Assembly: GCA_048941265.1 (NCBI GenBank)
Contig: JBHLNT010000009.1
Location: forward strand, 1-62,997
Direction: 5' to 3'
Source: Promethearchaeota archaeon
GTDB taxonomy: Archaea; Asgardarchaeota; Lokiarchaeia; Sigyniarchaeales; SOKP01
Length of the DNA: 62,997 nt
Part shown: one piece after another, positions 30,993 through 41,730 of the stretch
Position numbering within the stretch: position 1 is the first letter of the stretch
Layout of the letters: each line of letters begins with the position of its first letter
Program-made: the position numbers and the translations under genes
Notes under the pieces: model-generated
Databases searched by the model: none
What the model saw: only the letters and a program-made list of their open reading frames with translations
What the model was told of the DNA's origin: nothing

Positions 30993-32369
30993 TTAGGTCG
31001 GATTTAATCTTCTTTTTTCATCTAATTTTTTTCTTCTCTCTACCATTATATTTCTTAATTCTTTTGATTCTTGTGGATAATAAATATATGTAATTATCCA
31101 AAAAAGAGTCCCAAAAAGAAATATGGATATGAATAACGATATAGCAAATGGAAATAAATTCATATCGCGTTCAATTATAAATGAAAAGATTAAATGGCCA
31201 AATATACCTCCTATACTTGCCATGACACCGGTAAATGCGTTGGCTGTCCCCCTCAATTCTGGAACGGAAACCTCCGAATAAATTGCGTATATATTTCCTA
31301 CGCAGAGTGAAGTTAAAAAACTCCCTACCCAGTAAAGTATCACGAAAATTATGAAAGAAAAAAAATACTGTGATGGAGTCGTTGTGTTGAAAGGTATTAA
31401 ATAAAATATCAAGAAAATAATTCCTCCTATAATAAGGCCACCTACTGAGATAACTACACGACCTCTTATTTTTTCCGAACGATAAAAAAAGTCTCCTAAT
31501 CTACCTCCAACTAAAGTTCCAAAAATCGCCCCAGTTCCCCCCAAAAGAACAATCGTTAATGTAATTAATATAGAATTTTTATCATTTATTTTGTTGCTTA
31601 AATAAAAAATGGTCCAAGTACTTACCGCAAAAGTGACTCCCATAAATAGTTGATAAATTAGTATACCTAATATAGATTTTTTTTTAAAAATTTGAAAGAG
31701 ACTATCAACGGTTATTTTATAATCATGATGAATTTCACCTTCAAAATCTTCAAACTCTGGATCGGAGCGACCTGGTTCCAGATCTATTCCTGAATTAATA
31801 TAATTCAATAATGCCATTAATCCTAGAAAACCAGCCATACCATAAGAGATCCTCCAACCACTAACACCTAAAACATATCCTATTGAACCTCCAATGATAT
31901 TTCCCACAGCTGCTCCAATTAACAATGCAACATACATACCACCAAAACTTTTTCCTCTCTCCTCGGGGGGATAAGAATCCCCAATTATTGAATATCCAAT
32001 TGGCAAAAAAGCTCCTCCGCCAAACGCGGCAAAAACTACTCCGATTAGAAAAAAATAGTAATTAGGTGCAAAAGGTCTCAAACCAAATCCCATAATCCAA
32101 CTTAGATTAGTAAAGAAAAAAATCTTTTTTCTTGAAAATCTTTCAGCAATTTTATCTGTATAGTATCCAAACGTCAATATACTTATCATACTAACGATTA
32201 GACTAATTGCTACTGCCAAACCTAAGCGAAAAGGTGTAGCCCCCGATAAATCTAACAAAAAGTTCTTTATATTAACGCCATAAAGGTTTCCACATATATT
32301 AAATGTTAAATAAAGTATACATATTGAGTGAAAATTTTTCTTTACTTTTACTTTATAACTATCATCCAT
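30993..32369 (-). CDS. MFS transporter
   Basis: GYYTDK...SRK, DSYPPEERG, GRLGD, PELRGTA; about 12 TM. Confidence 0.88.
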   Translation of the reverse strand: MDDSYKVKVKKNFHSICILYLTFNICGNLYGVNIKNFLLDLSGATPFRLGLAVAISLIVSMISILTFGYYTDKIAERFSRKKIFFFTNLSWIMGFGLRPFAPNYYFFLIGVVFAAFGGGAFLPIGYSIIGDSYPPEERGKSFGGMYVALLIGAAVGNIIGGSIGYVLGVSGWRISYGMAGFLGLMALLNYINSGIDLEPGRSDPEFEDFEGEIHHDYKITVDSLFQIFKKKSILGILIYQLFMGVTFAVSTWTIFYLSNKINDKNSILITLTIVLLGGTGAIFGTLVGGRLGDFFYRSEKIRGRVVISVGGLIIGGIIFLIFYLIPFNTTTPSQYFFSFIIFVILYWVGSFLTSLCVGNIYAIYSEVSVPELRGTANAFTGVMASIGGIFGHLIFSFIIERDMNLFPFAISLFISIFLFGTLFWIITYIYYPQESKELRNIMVERRKKLDEKRRLNPT

Positions 32370-32531
32370 TTCGGGAATCAGCCTTAATAATTTTAATTTA
32401 TAAATGTATTAAATCTTATTCAAAAGTTAAATTTGAGTATCTTTAGGATTTTGAATATAAAATACAAATAGATAAAAAAGCTCAAAAGTTATAGAAGCAC
32501 ATACCTATAATAAATATAGATTTAAGAATAA

Positions 32532-33734
32532 TTGGTAAAAATGAAAGATTTATTAAATATCGCCTTGAAAGAAGGTAAAGGAGTTCTTCGGTTATGTCCT
32601 AACTGGGTGCCTCGTGCATTTTGTGTGCCAGGGAAACGCTTAAAACTACATCCAGATGATTATTATTCATTTGGCACCCATCGAGGTGGCATCGATGAGA
32701 GGTGGTTTGCTTCAACAACCAAAGCGGATAATGGCCCACTCACGCTTGAAGATGAGGGTCTTAGTTATATTTATATAGAGAATGGAGCTAAAAAAGAAAA
32801 AATATTATTAAAAGATGCAATTGAAAAGATGGGAGATGAGATTTTAGGAGATAACGTAATGGAAAAATATGGCGGATGGACCATGTATGCTAAGTTTTTT
32901 GATAATATGGAACCGTTACCACTCCATTTACATCAAGATAACGAGAAAGCAGCTAATGTAGGGCGAAAAGGGAAACCTGAAGGCTATTATTTTCCAAAAC
33001 AGTTAAATAATCATCCAGCATATTTTCCACATACCTATTTTGGCTTAAGTCCAGGTACAAATAGAAATGATATTATAAAATGCTTAGAAAACTGGGAAAA
33101 AAGTGATAATGGAATTTTGTACCATTCGAAAGGATATAAATTGAAACCAGGAACAGGTTGGGACGTGCCACCAGGAGTCTTGCATGCTCCAGGTACGCTT
33201 TTAACTTATGAACCACAATTCGCTTCAGATGTATTTGCGATGTTTCAAAATTTAGCATGGGATAAATACATTCCTTGGGATCTTTTAGTAAAAGATGTTC
33301 CTGAAGCTCACAAAAGAAATCTCGATTATATTGTTGATTTGATAAATTGGGATCTTAATTTAGATCCGAATTTCTTTAAAAATCGTTTCTTAGAACCACA
33401 ACCGGTAAAACCCATAGATGAAATGAGAGGAGAAGGATACGAAGAATATTTAGTTGTATATAATTCTGATTTTTATTCTGCAAAGGAATTGACAGTCTAT
33501 CCTAAAGAATCTATTACGATAAAAGAGAGTGGTGCATATGGACTTATAGTTATTCAAGGACATGGGAAATTCGGAGTATTAGATATTGAATCACCGGTAA
33601 TGATTCGATTCGGACAAATGACTCATGATGAGCTTTTTATTACTCATAATACGGCCTGTGAAGGTATCGAAATTAAAAATGAGAGCAAATGGGACAACCT
33701 TGTAATGCTTAAGCATTTCGGTCCGGAATTGTGA
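32532..33734 (+). CDS. Cupin-fold protein, mannose-6-phosphate isomerase type I-like
   Basis: KFFD...LPLHLHQ, GKPEGYYF, LHAPG, YEPQ..SD metal-ligand pattern. Confidence 0.7.
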   Translation: MVKMKDLLNIALKEGKGVLRLCPNWVPRAFCVPGKRLKLHPDDYYSFGTHRGGIDERWFASTTKADNGPLTLEDEGLSYIYIENGAKKEKILLKDAIEKMGDEILGDNVMEKYGGWTMYAKFFDNMEPLPLHLHQDNEKAANVGRKGKPEGYYFPKQLNNHPAYFPHTYFGLSPGTNRNDIIKCLENWEKSDNGILYHSKGYKLKPGTGWDVPPGVLHAPGTLLTYEPQFASDVFAMFQNLAWDKYIPWDLLVKDVPEAHKRNLDYIVDLINWDLNLDPNFFKNRFLEPQPVKPIDEMRGEGYEEYLVVYNSDFYSAKELTVYPKESITIKESGAYGLIVIQGHGKFGVLDIESPVMIRFGQMTHDELFITHNTACEGIEIKNESKWDNLVMLKHFGPEL

Positions 33735-33827
33735 TGAATAAAAATTAAATAAATTACATATCTTTTTTTCATTTAATTCCTAACTTAATTGTTTAATTCA
33801 AAATAGTATATTAAAAAGGAGATTAAA

Positions 33828-34769
33828 ATGAGTAAATTGGAAATAAAAAGAGTTTTAGTAGTGGGAGCAGGGACTATGGGGCATTCTATTGCCCAAGTTT
33901 ATGCCACCGCCGGCTTTGAAGTAAATATGGTTGATTTAAATTCAGATATTCTTAATCATGGAATGGAATTAATTAAATCCAATTTAAACACATTAGCTGA
34001 GTTTGGCAGAGTAAAAACTGATGAAATCCCCAAAATAATTAATCGTATTCATCCATCTACTAATCTTTCAGATGCGGTTAAGGGTGTGGACTACGTCGTG
34101 GAAGCTGTGAGTGAAGTTCCTGACATAAAAAGCAAAGTTTTTTCACAACTGGATAAATATTGTTCTAAAGATTCAATTTTAGCAAGTAATACCTCATCAT
34201 TAGATATATTTAAAATTGTAAAAGTTAGTAGACCTGAGCGATTGGTTATTCAACATTGGTTTGCTCCTCCTCATATTATACCCTTGGTTGAGATAGTACC
34301 AGGACGGAAAACATCAAAGGAAGTTGTAAAGCTTTCTGTAGACCTTATAAAAAGAATAGGAAAGACACCAGTTGTACTTGATAAATTTATTGACTCTTTT
34401 ATTGTCAACAAAATTCAAGGTGCTATTAGTGGAGTGGTTTTTGAGCTTCTAATGAAAAAAATTGCAAATCCCGAAACTATTGATGTTGCGATAAAAAATA
34501 GCCTTGGAGTTAGATTACCTATAGTAGGCGTAGTTCAAACTATAGATTTTACTGGTCTCGATTTATATAATGACATATTGAATAGCAGAGGGTTAGAAAT
34601 TTCACTTATTAAGGATAAAGTAGAGCAAGGGAATCTAGGGGCAAAAACAGGCAAAGGTTTTTATGATTATAAGGGATTAAGCGAGGCAGAAATACTGAAA
34701 AAACGTGATCGCCAATACTTAAAAATGCTGGACCATCTTGAAAAAATAAATGCTTTTGAGCCAATATGA
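33828..34769 (+). CDS. 3-hydroxyacyl-CoA dehydrogenase family (HWF type)
   Basis: GAGTMG, VEAVSE, ASNTSS, QHWFAPPHIIPLVEIV, GAKTGKGFY; paralogue of 62302-62997. Confidence 0.9.
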   Translation: MSKLEIKRVLVVGAGTMGHSIAQVYATAGFEVNMVDLNSDILNHGMELIKSNLNTLAEFGRVKTDEIPKIINRIHPSTNLSDAVKGVDYVVEAVSEVPDIKSKVFSQLDKYCSKDSILASNTSSLDIFKIVKVSRPERLVIQHWFAPPHIIPLVEIVPGRKTSKEVVKLSVDLIKRIGKTPVVLDKFIDSFIVNKIQGAISGVVFELLMKKIANPETIDVAIKNSLGVRLPIVGVVQTIDFTGLDLYNDILNSRGLEISLIKDKVEQGNLGAKTGKGFYDYKGLSEAEILKKRDRQYLKMLDHLEKINAFEPI

Positions 34770-34820
34770 TTTTTCTGAGAATATGATATTAATTATATAA
34801 AATAATTGAATGGAAATAAC

Positions 34821-35297
34821 ATGATAAATGAAAAAGATCAATACCCAAAAAACAATGTTACTATTGAAAAGATAACTGAAGAATCGGAAGATAAGAAAGA
34901 AGTAATTACCGTTGTAAATAATGAATATGAAGAAAAAGCTGTTAAAGTAGCTATTGCCTATATGGATTCATTTAATTCATGTAATGGCTCTGGATGTGAT
35001 GAATTACTTAATTTTCCTCATATTCGATTGGCTTTCCAGGGATTAGGAATATATAATAAACCTCCTATGCATACCCCTAAATTGTTTGATTCATTTGTTA
35101 AAACTGCTGAATGGAATCATACTTGTTGGGATTACAGACATGTAATTCAAAGTTGCGACAGCAAGGTTCATCTTGCTATTAAGTTTTCACGTTATAGGGC
35201 TAATGGTACGAAAATAGGTTCTTATTCATCATTATGGGTAATAACCAATCAGAAAGGTCATTGGGGTATTAAGCTACGCTCAAGTTTTGCTCAATAA
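34821..35297 (+). CDS. Hypothetical protein, probable NTF2/SnoaL-like fold
   Basis: YMDSFNS, LNFPHIRL, KVHLAIKFSRY, SLWVIT..KGHWGIKLRSSFA; alternative TTG start at 34806. Confidence 0.6.
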   Translation: MINEKDQYPKNNVTIEKITEESEDKKEVITVVNNEYEEKAVKVAIAYMDSFNSCNGSGCDELLNFPHIRLAFQGLGIYNKPPMHTPKLFDSFVKTAEWNHTCWDYRHVIQSCDSKVHLAIKFSRYRANGTKIGSYSSLWVITNQKGHWGIKLRSSFAQ

Positions 35298-35625
35298 AGT
35301 GATTTCTTTATCTTTTTACTTAACTATATAAACCTTTGCTTTTCTTATATAGATCAAAAATTTTCCTTGCCGGATTTATCTCAAATTTATTATAATTCTT
35401 GAAAAGTAAACTTGAAAGAGCTAAAACATTTAAATATTTTTTCGATCAAATAAAATGGATTTTAAATTGAATTTAACAACATCTTATAAGAATATTGATC
35501 TTATTAATAGCTATGAAATCTTCCAATTTAATATAAATAAATATAATAATTCGTGTGATATAATTTAATATCAATAGGAGTTTTCAAATAAAAATCATTA
35601 AATAAAAATAGAGGATGCTTATATA

Positions 35626-35772
35626 ATGGATAAAAAAAATGTAATAAAAGGTATATTATTCCTGTTAATTGCATTTAGTTTCATAGTTGTGGGTATTTTA
35701 ATTAATTGGGGATACGCTGTAATTGGAATCTGTTTTGCACTAATAGGAATCATCACAATTACTCAAGATTAA
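35626..35772 (+). CDS. Small 48-aa two-TM membrane protein (below the ORF-track cutoff)
   Basis: GAGGA SD at 35611, ATG 35626; MDKKNVIKGILFLLIAFSFIVVGILINWGYAVIGICFALIGIITITQD*; T-rich tract follows. Confidence 0.65.
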   Translation: MDKKNVIKGILFLLIAFSFIVVGILINWGYAVIGICFALIGIITITQD

Positions 35773-36014
35773 AAATTAGATTTTTTCCTTTTATAAGTGT
35801 TTTTTATCAAATCAGGCGGAACTGAGTTGATATAAAACGATCTTCCCGTTAGAATTAATAATATTAAAAAGGTACATCTGCTTGGGACAATTCAGCGAAA
35901 ATCGAGGATATTTGTAGTCAAGCATAGGATCCATGTCTTAATAGAAATATTTACAGCGAGATGAATTGGAATTAGGTTGAATGTAAATGAAATAGATGAG
36001 AGTCACTAATTATT

Positions 36015-36833
36015 TTAATAGGTATAAAATCCTTTCTTAGTTTTTGCACCGAGTTCTCCTCTATCAATCATATCCTTGAGAGCCTGTGGAGGTTTTTCTT
36101 TAGGATCACTGGTTTCATTATAATAAGACATATGGACATTATACACAGTATCAAGACCTATGGTATCCATAAGCCCAAAAGGTCCCAAATCCATATGAGT
36201 GAATATTTTCCAAGCAGTATCTATCATTTCAATATCCGCATACCCTTCAGCCCACATCTTTAGGGCTTCTAATCTTAGTCTATGCCATAATCTGTTAAAT
36301 ACGAACCCAAAACTCTCTTTTTTTACTATTATAGGAGTAAACTCTATGCTTTCAATCCATTTTTTTCCGGTTTCAAATGTTTCATCACTTGTTTTCGTAC
36401 CTTTCATTAAATCTACCATCGGAATAGCTTGGTGATAAAAATGTATATTTAATAATTTATCCTTACGTTGAACAAATTCTTCTAATCTTGAAACAGGGAT
36501 TGAAGAGCTATTAGTAGCAATAATCGCGTGTAGTGGAGCAGCTTTATCGATCTGTGAAAAAATTTTTTTCTTTAATTCCAGTTTTTCAGGCACTGCTTCG
36601 ATAATAAGATCTGCATCCTTCACTGCCTCCGCAAGATCATAATGGTATGTAACTTCACCAAGTGCTCTTCTCTTTTTTTTCTTTCTTTTGATCTTTTTTA
36701 CTAGCAGTTCCAGCATATCAGTTCGAACATCGTAAATACGGACTGTATAATCGTAAAATGCGGTTTGGGAAGCAATTTGCTTTCCTAAGAAGCCTGCACC
36801 AATTACAGCAACTATTTTAATATCATTTCCCAT
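36015..36833 (-). CDS. 3-hydroxyacyl-CoA dehydrogenase family, short divergent form (paralogue of 8213-9034)
   Basis: GAGFLG, IIEAVPEKLELK, ATNSSSIPVSR, IHFYH, GFVFNR, KPPQALKDM. Confidence 0.88.
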   Translation of the reverse strand: MGNDIKIVAVIGAGFLGKQIASQTAFYDYTVRIYDVRTDMLELLVKKIKRKKKKRRALGEVTYHYDLAEAVKDADLIIEAVPEKLELKKKIFSQIDKAAPLHAIIATNSSSIPVSRLEEFVQRKDKLLNIHFYHQAIPMVDLMKGTKTSDETFETGKKWIESIEFTPIIVKKESFGFVFNRLWHRLRLEALKMWAEGYADIEMIDTAWKIFTHMDLGPFGLMDTIGLDTVYNVHMSYYNETSDPKEKPPQALKDMIDRGELGAKTKKGFYTY

Positions 36834-37142
36834 CTTCTTACATCCTTTTAAAATTGAATATAGAAATTATATCAGTACTCTTTAAAAAAAAGTTCCAATT
36901 CTAAATTTATAAATAAAGTAAGCTAAAAAAGGGTATAGATTACTAAAAAAATTTATAATATCTTTCTTTAGATTTTAAACTTTCTCCAAAGCAACTACTA
37001 TTTCCTCAAGGATAATTCCCTCACTTCCATTAAGAAAATTTACCCTAACAATAAAAAACTGTTTATAAATTTAATTCATATTGCCAAAACTGAAATATTA
37101 TATCTAAAAAACTAAAAAAGAAAGAGTGCTTTATTAGTTTTT

Positions 37143-38540
37143 TTATAATTTAAGTTCAATTATTTTTGCTCTTAATAGTTCTACTTTTTCAGGGGTAATA
37201 TCATAAAATCTCCAAAAAACGAGAACACCTATGGCTAGAAGTATTGCAGGAATTAGTCCCATGTGTAACCGAATTCCTATCTGAGCTAAAGGAGTTTGAG
37301 TCTTAGCACCCTCAGTGAATCCCGTAAATTCATGCACAACAGCTAATGTAACTACTTGAATGACTCCTGCGATTCTGCTAAAAAAGACTCTTATTCCATT
37401 GTATATCCCTTCTCGTCTTTTTTCTGAATTAACAACAGATTCATCAATAACCTGACTGAATACAGGATCAATCATTATCCAAAAACCTCCAAGTCCAAAT
37501 CCAAATAAAAATGTAACTATTAAAACCAATGGTAGAATCGTGAATGCTGACATCAGAGATGCGAAGCAAATCATTATGACACCACCTGCGATCATTACTT
37601 TACGTGTATCACCCATTTTTTTATTTAATTTAATCCAAACTGGGATTGAGACAACACCTCCTAAAAGAAGGAATACCATCATAAGAGCTATTGTAGAGGG
37701 TTCTGCTTGTAAAACGTAATACACAAAATAAATGAACGAACCCGTCATAAGGGCTGTTAGTGATGAATAGAGTACATACAATATTAGAAAAACTACTAAA
37801 GACTTTTGTTTGAGAGACTGTTTTAAAACTTTGAAGAATGATTCCATTTCAGTCTCTCCACATTTAGCAAGATAATTATCTACACATTCTTTATCATCCC
37901 TTAAGCCTGGTATCATGAATATTAAACAAACGAGGCTAATAGCAACACATACCAGTGCCATTAAAACATAACTTCCTTTATCTCCAAACTTAATGACCAA
38001 ACCCGGAATTAAAAACGCACCTACAACTCCTAAGAATCCAAGATATACAACAAATGCGGAGGCAGATACCCTTTCTGAAGTGTCACGGAACTTGTCAGGG
38101 AAAAGAGCAGCAAAATTTACCGTAAATAAGGATTCCAGAAAATCATAAATACATAATGTAGCTACGAGCCAACCAAAGAGAATCCATTGATTATCGATAT
38201 TAGGAGGGGTAAATATGAGGATAAAAGAAATTAACCAAGGGATATATGATATCATCATCCAAGGAAATCTTCGTCCCAATTTTCTCGTGAATTTAAAAGG
38301 ACGATCAGTTAAGTGTCCTACAAAAGGATCATTTAATGCATCCCATATCATATATATAATGTATGCTAAACCTACAAGCCAAATATTTAATCCTACTTCT
38401 GCTTCATAGAAAAAAATTACAACAGATACTAAAATCATATCAATCAGATGAGTAACAATACTTGAAGTACCGTATGAGGCCTGGATCTTCTTAGAATGCA
38501 ATATTACAGATCCTAAATTGCTTTTATTGCTCTCACTCAT
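37143..38540 (-). CDS. MFS transporter, GPH (MelB-like) family
   Basis: WDALNDPFVGHLTDR, GRRFPW, KRREGIY; about 12 TM. Confidence 0.9.
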   Translation of the reverse strand: MSESNKSNLGSVILHSKKIQASYGTSSIVTHLIDMILVSVVIFFYEAEVGLNIWLVGLAYIIYMIWDALNDPFVGHLTDRPFKFTRKLGRRFPWMMISYIPWLISFILIFTPPNIDNQWILFGWLVATLCIYDFLESLFTVNFAALFPDKFRDTSERVSASAFVVYLGFLGVVGAFLIPGLVIKFGDKGSYVLMALVCVAISLVCLIFMIPGLRDDKECVDNYLAKCGETEMESFFKVLKQSLKQKSLVVFLILYVLYSSLTALMTGSFIYFVYYVLQAEPSTIALMMVFLLLGGVVSIPVWIKLNKKMGDTRKVMIAGGVIMICFASLMSAFTILPLVLIVTFLFGFGLGGFWIMIDPVFSQVIDESVVNSEKRREGIYNGIRVFFSRIAGVIQVVTLAVVHEFTGFTEGAKTQTPLAQIGIRLHMGLIPAILLAIGVLVFWRFYDITPEKVELLRAKIIELKL

Positions 38541-39005
38541 TTTTTAAATTTCGCCTTTAATTACTGATTTTTCTATATTATTTCCCTTATAGTTAAATTA
38601 ATGATAAATGATTATTTGTCTAAAATGTTTATAAACGTTTTGACTTTTATGCGATATTTTTCCAAGGGTATAAGCTAAAATTTTTATGTTTAAAAGAGTT
38701 TTTCAATTTTAACAAAATTTTAAGAAATAAGAATTCAATTTGACATATTTCCAAGTCAGGATGCTTCTCATGAATTCATACAAGGAAAATATCAAAATGC
38801 TAAAGCCAATCTAAATTCAATAAAAAATATGCTTTAAATGCTGTTCTATTGTAAACGTAATAATCAATGTTTTGAATTTTATTTAGATAATTATCTTAAA
38901 ATTACCCCCGTAAATCCCATTCTATAAAATTTAAAAATTAGTTACAATTATTAATTACTTTTAATTTATAGCCTCAATGCTTAAAAAAAATCGACATGAG
39001 TAAAA

Positions 39006-40040
39006 ATGGTAATTGAAACCAACATAACCAAAATGTTTGGAATAAAACACCCAATTTTTAGTGCCCCTATGGGTCCTTTCTTTACGCGCCAGTTGGCCCT
39101 TGCTGTTAGCGAAGCTGGTGGATTGGGTGTTTTATCCAATGTGAACTTACTCGGTACAGATCCGACTAAAGAACACTTAGAAAGCATGAAATACATGGTT
39201 GAGCATACAGATAAACCCTTTGGACTCAATATTCTTACGTCCCGCAACAATCGAGGAGTAAAAGATATGGTTAGAAGAGTTCCAAAGCTGATCATGAGCG
39301 ATCCTAAAATAAAAGAACAATGTAGATATATTTTAACCTCTGCCGGATCTTCAAGACTATTGCCTGAATCAAAATACTTTCAAGAACTAAGGAAAGTTTC
39401 TGAGATAAAGCACTTTCATGTAGCACCGGCTGTATGGTTAGCACAGAAATGTGTAGCTTCCGGAGTAGATGGAATTGTGGTTACGGGAACGGAAGGAGGC
39501 GGTCATCAATCCTTTGAGAAAGTAACTACACTAGTACTGCTACAGCAAGTTAATAAATTTTTTCCCGACTTACCTAAAATAGCATGCGGTGGATTTGCTA
39601 CAGGAGAAGGGCTGGCTGCAGCTCTTTCACTTGGTGCAGGAGCTATAGCCATGGGATCGCGATTTATCGCTTCAAAACAAAGTGAATTTAATGAAAAATA
39701 CAAATCATTAATTCCCCCAGGTAAGCCACAAGATACTGATCTATATTGGGGCGCGTTTGGTCCTATTCGGTTATTCAAGAATAAATATGCTTTAGAACAC
39801 CCCGCTCCTGCTTCTAAAGAAGAAATGGTAGAACACGAAAAAAACATAACTATGGATGATATGTTGAAAGATGCAGGCGCTTATCAAAAAGTATATGAAG
39901 GAGATATTGAAAATGGTGCGGTACTTCTAGGCCAATCAATAGGTATCATTGATAGTATTGAAGACGTTAGTGATATTATCGAAAGTATCATAAAGCAAGC
40001 CGAAAATGTAATTAGAAAGAATAGTTCAATGCTAAAATAG
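39006..40040 (+). CDS. Nitronate monooxygenase / FabK-like oxidoreductase (paralogue of 741-1790)
   Basis: MVIETNITKMFGIKHPI, GTEGGGH, ACGGFATG, MGSRF, GQSIG. Confidence 0.9.
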   Translation: MVIETNITKMFGIKHPIFSAPMGPFFTRQLALAVSEAGGLGVLSNVNLLGTDPTKEHLESMKYMVEHTDKPFGLNILTSRNNRGVKDMVRRVPKLIMSDPKIKEQCRYILTSAGSSRLLPESKYFQELRKVSEIKHFHVAPAVWLAQKCVASGVDGIVVTGTEGGGHQSFEKVTTLVLLQQVNKFFPDLPKIACGGFATGEGLAAALSLGAGAIAMGSRFIASKQSEFNEKYKSLIPPGKPQDTDLYWGAFGPIRLFKNKYALEHPAPASKEEMVEHEKNITMDDMLKDAGAYQKVYEGDIENGAVLLGQSIGIIDSIEDVSDIIESIIKQAENVIRKNSSMLK

Positions 40041-40116
40041 AAAATTTAGAAAATTAAAACTTACCTTTTAACTAATTTTTTTCCTTTTTTTTTTTGTCTA
40101 TAATTATGTATTCCCT

Positions 40117-41226
40117 CTAACATTCAATTTCAATTATTAATTCTTCATTATAACCTATTAATACTTTAGTGTAACCTTTAAGCATCTCATCAACCTCAAT
40201 CTTTCCCGTATCTATACGTAAACATTGTAATTCTTTCATTTTTTCCTCTGTCGCTACTACTTGAATATTTTCCTTTCCTATTATTTTAAGGACTTTTGGA
40301 GTAAATTGTTTATTTCCTCTTCCAAATATAAACCCTTGTCCTCCAATTGGAGATACTATAATTTCCGCTGTATTATAAGTGTCTAATAATTCGAGAATTC
40401 CACTCTCATTGATATCAGTTGCTATAATATGCTTATTATAAACTGCATCTATTCCTAGTAGGGCTTTAGAAATCCCAAGTTCTTCCGAGATTGCTTTTAC
40501 TGTTGTTCCTGGTCCTAATAAATATAATACATTATTCTCCATTTTCTCTATGATGTGCCGTGCTATATCTCTTTTGTTTTCTTCGACAGATTTGCCAATT
40601 CTCGAACTCTGTTTTCCCCCCTGTAACAGATTTTGGACTTCTGGAACTTTTAGATATCCATACAATTTTGAATCTAATTTTCCTTTTCTGAAGGACTCTT
40701 CATTAATATCAAGCACTTCTTTTTCCAGAGTGCTTGTTCCCGCAATAAAGGTTTCAATCATCTCAGCAGCAGCTCTTGGATTAATCGCAAAAACCGAACT
40801 GAACATTTTCACTCCAGAAGGAATAGCCACAACAGGAATTTCCATTCCTATGGCATCATATATATCTCTTGCTGTTCCATCTCCTCCACAAAATACGAGT
40901 AATTCAATTTTGTGTTCAATGATTTGCTTGGCTATTCTTTTAGTATCCTCTGCTGATGTGGATTCGCCGATTTCTCCAATAATCTGGAATTCAATATCTT
41001 TATTCTCTAAAAGATTGGCTCCCATTTTACCAGGAGCCGTAAGAAAAATGATATTTTCTTTTTTTTTTAAATTGGATAATAATATGCCAATCCTTCCTTC
41101 CGTAATAGGTTTAGCTCCTAATTCTAAAGCTTTTTTATATACCTCCCCATCTGTTCCTTTTAATCCCACGGATCCACCCATACCCGCTATTGGATTGATA
41201 ATTAATCCAATTTTTTTTTTGGTCAT
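40117..41226 (-). CDS. ATP-NAD kinase family protein (AcoX-like)
   Basis: IGLIINPIAGMGGSVGLKGTDG, GGDGTARD, IPSGVKMFS, GPGTT, GGQGFIFGRGNKQ. Confidence 0.85.
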   Translation of the reverse strand: MTKKKIGLIINPIAGMGGSVGLKGTDGEVYKKALELGAKPITEGRIGILLSNLKKKENIIFLTAPGKMGANLLENKDIEFQIIGEIGESTSAEDTKRIAKQIIEHKIELLVFCGGDGTARDIYDAIGMEIPVVAIPSGVKMFSSVFAINPRAAAEMIETFIAGTSTLEKEVLDINEESFRKGKLDSKLYGYLKVPEVQNLLQGGKQSSRIGKSVEENKRDIARHIIEKMENNVLYLLGPGTTVKAISEELGISKALLGIDAVYNKHIIATDINESGILELLDTYNTAEIIVSPIGGQGFIFGRGNKQFTPKVLKIIGKENIQVVATEEKMKELQCLRIDTGKIEVDEMLKGYTKVLIGYNEELIIEIEC

Positions 41227-41345
41227 GTTTTGAGAAGGACCTTTCAAAAATATATGATCTAATTTAATTAATGTTTTATAAACATTAAAATTTAAATTTA
41301 AAATACATTATAAAAAAATTACAAATACATTTGAGATAGATTAGT

Positions 41346-41729
41346 TTGGAATATATAATCATTGAAAACGAAAAAATAGGTCAAGTTAAAGCGAAATTAC
41401 TTACTGATAAGAATCCTAAAACTTGCCAAGCTCTATGGGATGCGCTTCCGCTAGAATTAAATTTAGCAAGATGGGGAGAAGAACTATATGGAAATATTCC
41501 GGTGAAAATGGATCATGAAAACTCACAAAAAGAATGTGAGGTTGGGGATGTGGGCTATTGGATCGATGGAAGAGGTTTCTGTATTTTCTTTGGTCCTACA
41601 CCAGCAAGTACGGGCGATAAACCTGTAGCAGCGACTCCCGTAAATATCTTTGCGAAAATTGAGGGAATAGACCCAAAAATCTTTAATCAATTTGACACAT
41701 TCTATGGGACTGTAAAAAAAGGAGATTAA
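41346..41729 (+). CDS. Cyclophilin-like fold protein (DUF369/DUF3830 type)
   Basis: NPKT...W..LP, RWGEELY, GDVGYW..G..FCIFFGPTP. Confidence 0.8.
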   Translation: MEYIIIENEKIGQVKAKLLTDKNPKTCQALWDALPLELNLARWGEELYGNIPVKMDHENSQKECEVGDVGYWIDGRGFCIFFGPTPASTGDKPVAATPVNIFAKIEGIDPKIFNQFDTFYGTVKKGD

Positions 41730-41730
41730 A

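Noticed and set aside
36976-37056. Minus-strand peptide FIVRVNFLNGSEGIILEEIVVALEKV* that looks like a protein C-terminus
   Set aside because: Too short, with no start and no recognisable family; at most an unassignable remnant.
38700-38840. Plus-strand stretch EIRIQFDIFPSQDASHEFIQGKYQNAKANLNSIKNML* and similar broken frames at 35350-35470
   Set aside because: Stop-interrupted and without motifs; cannot be distinguished from AT-rich intergenic sequence.
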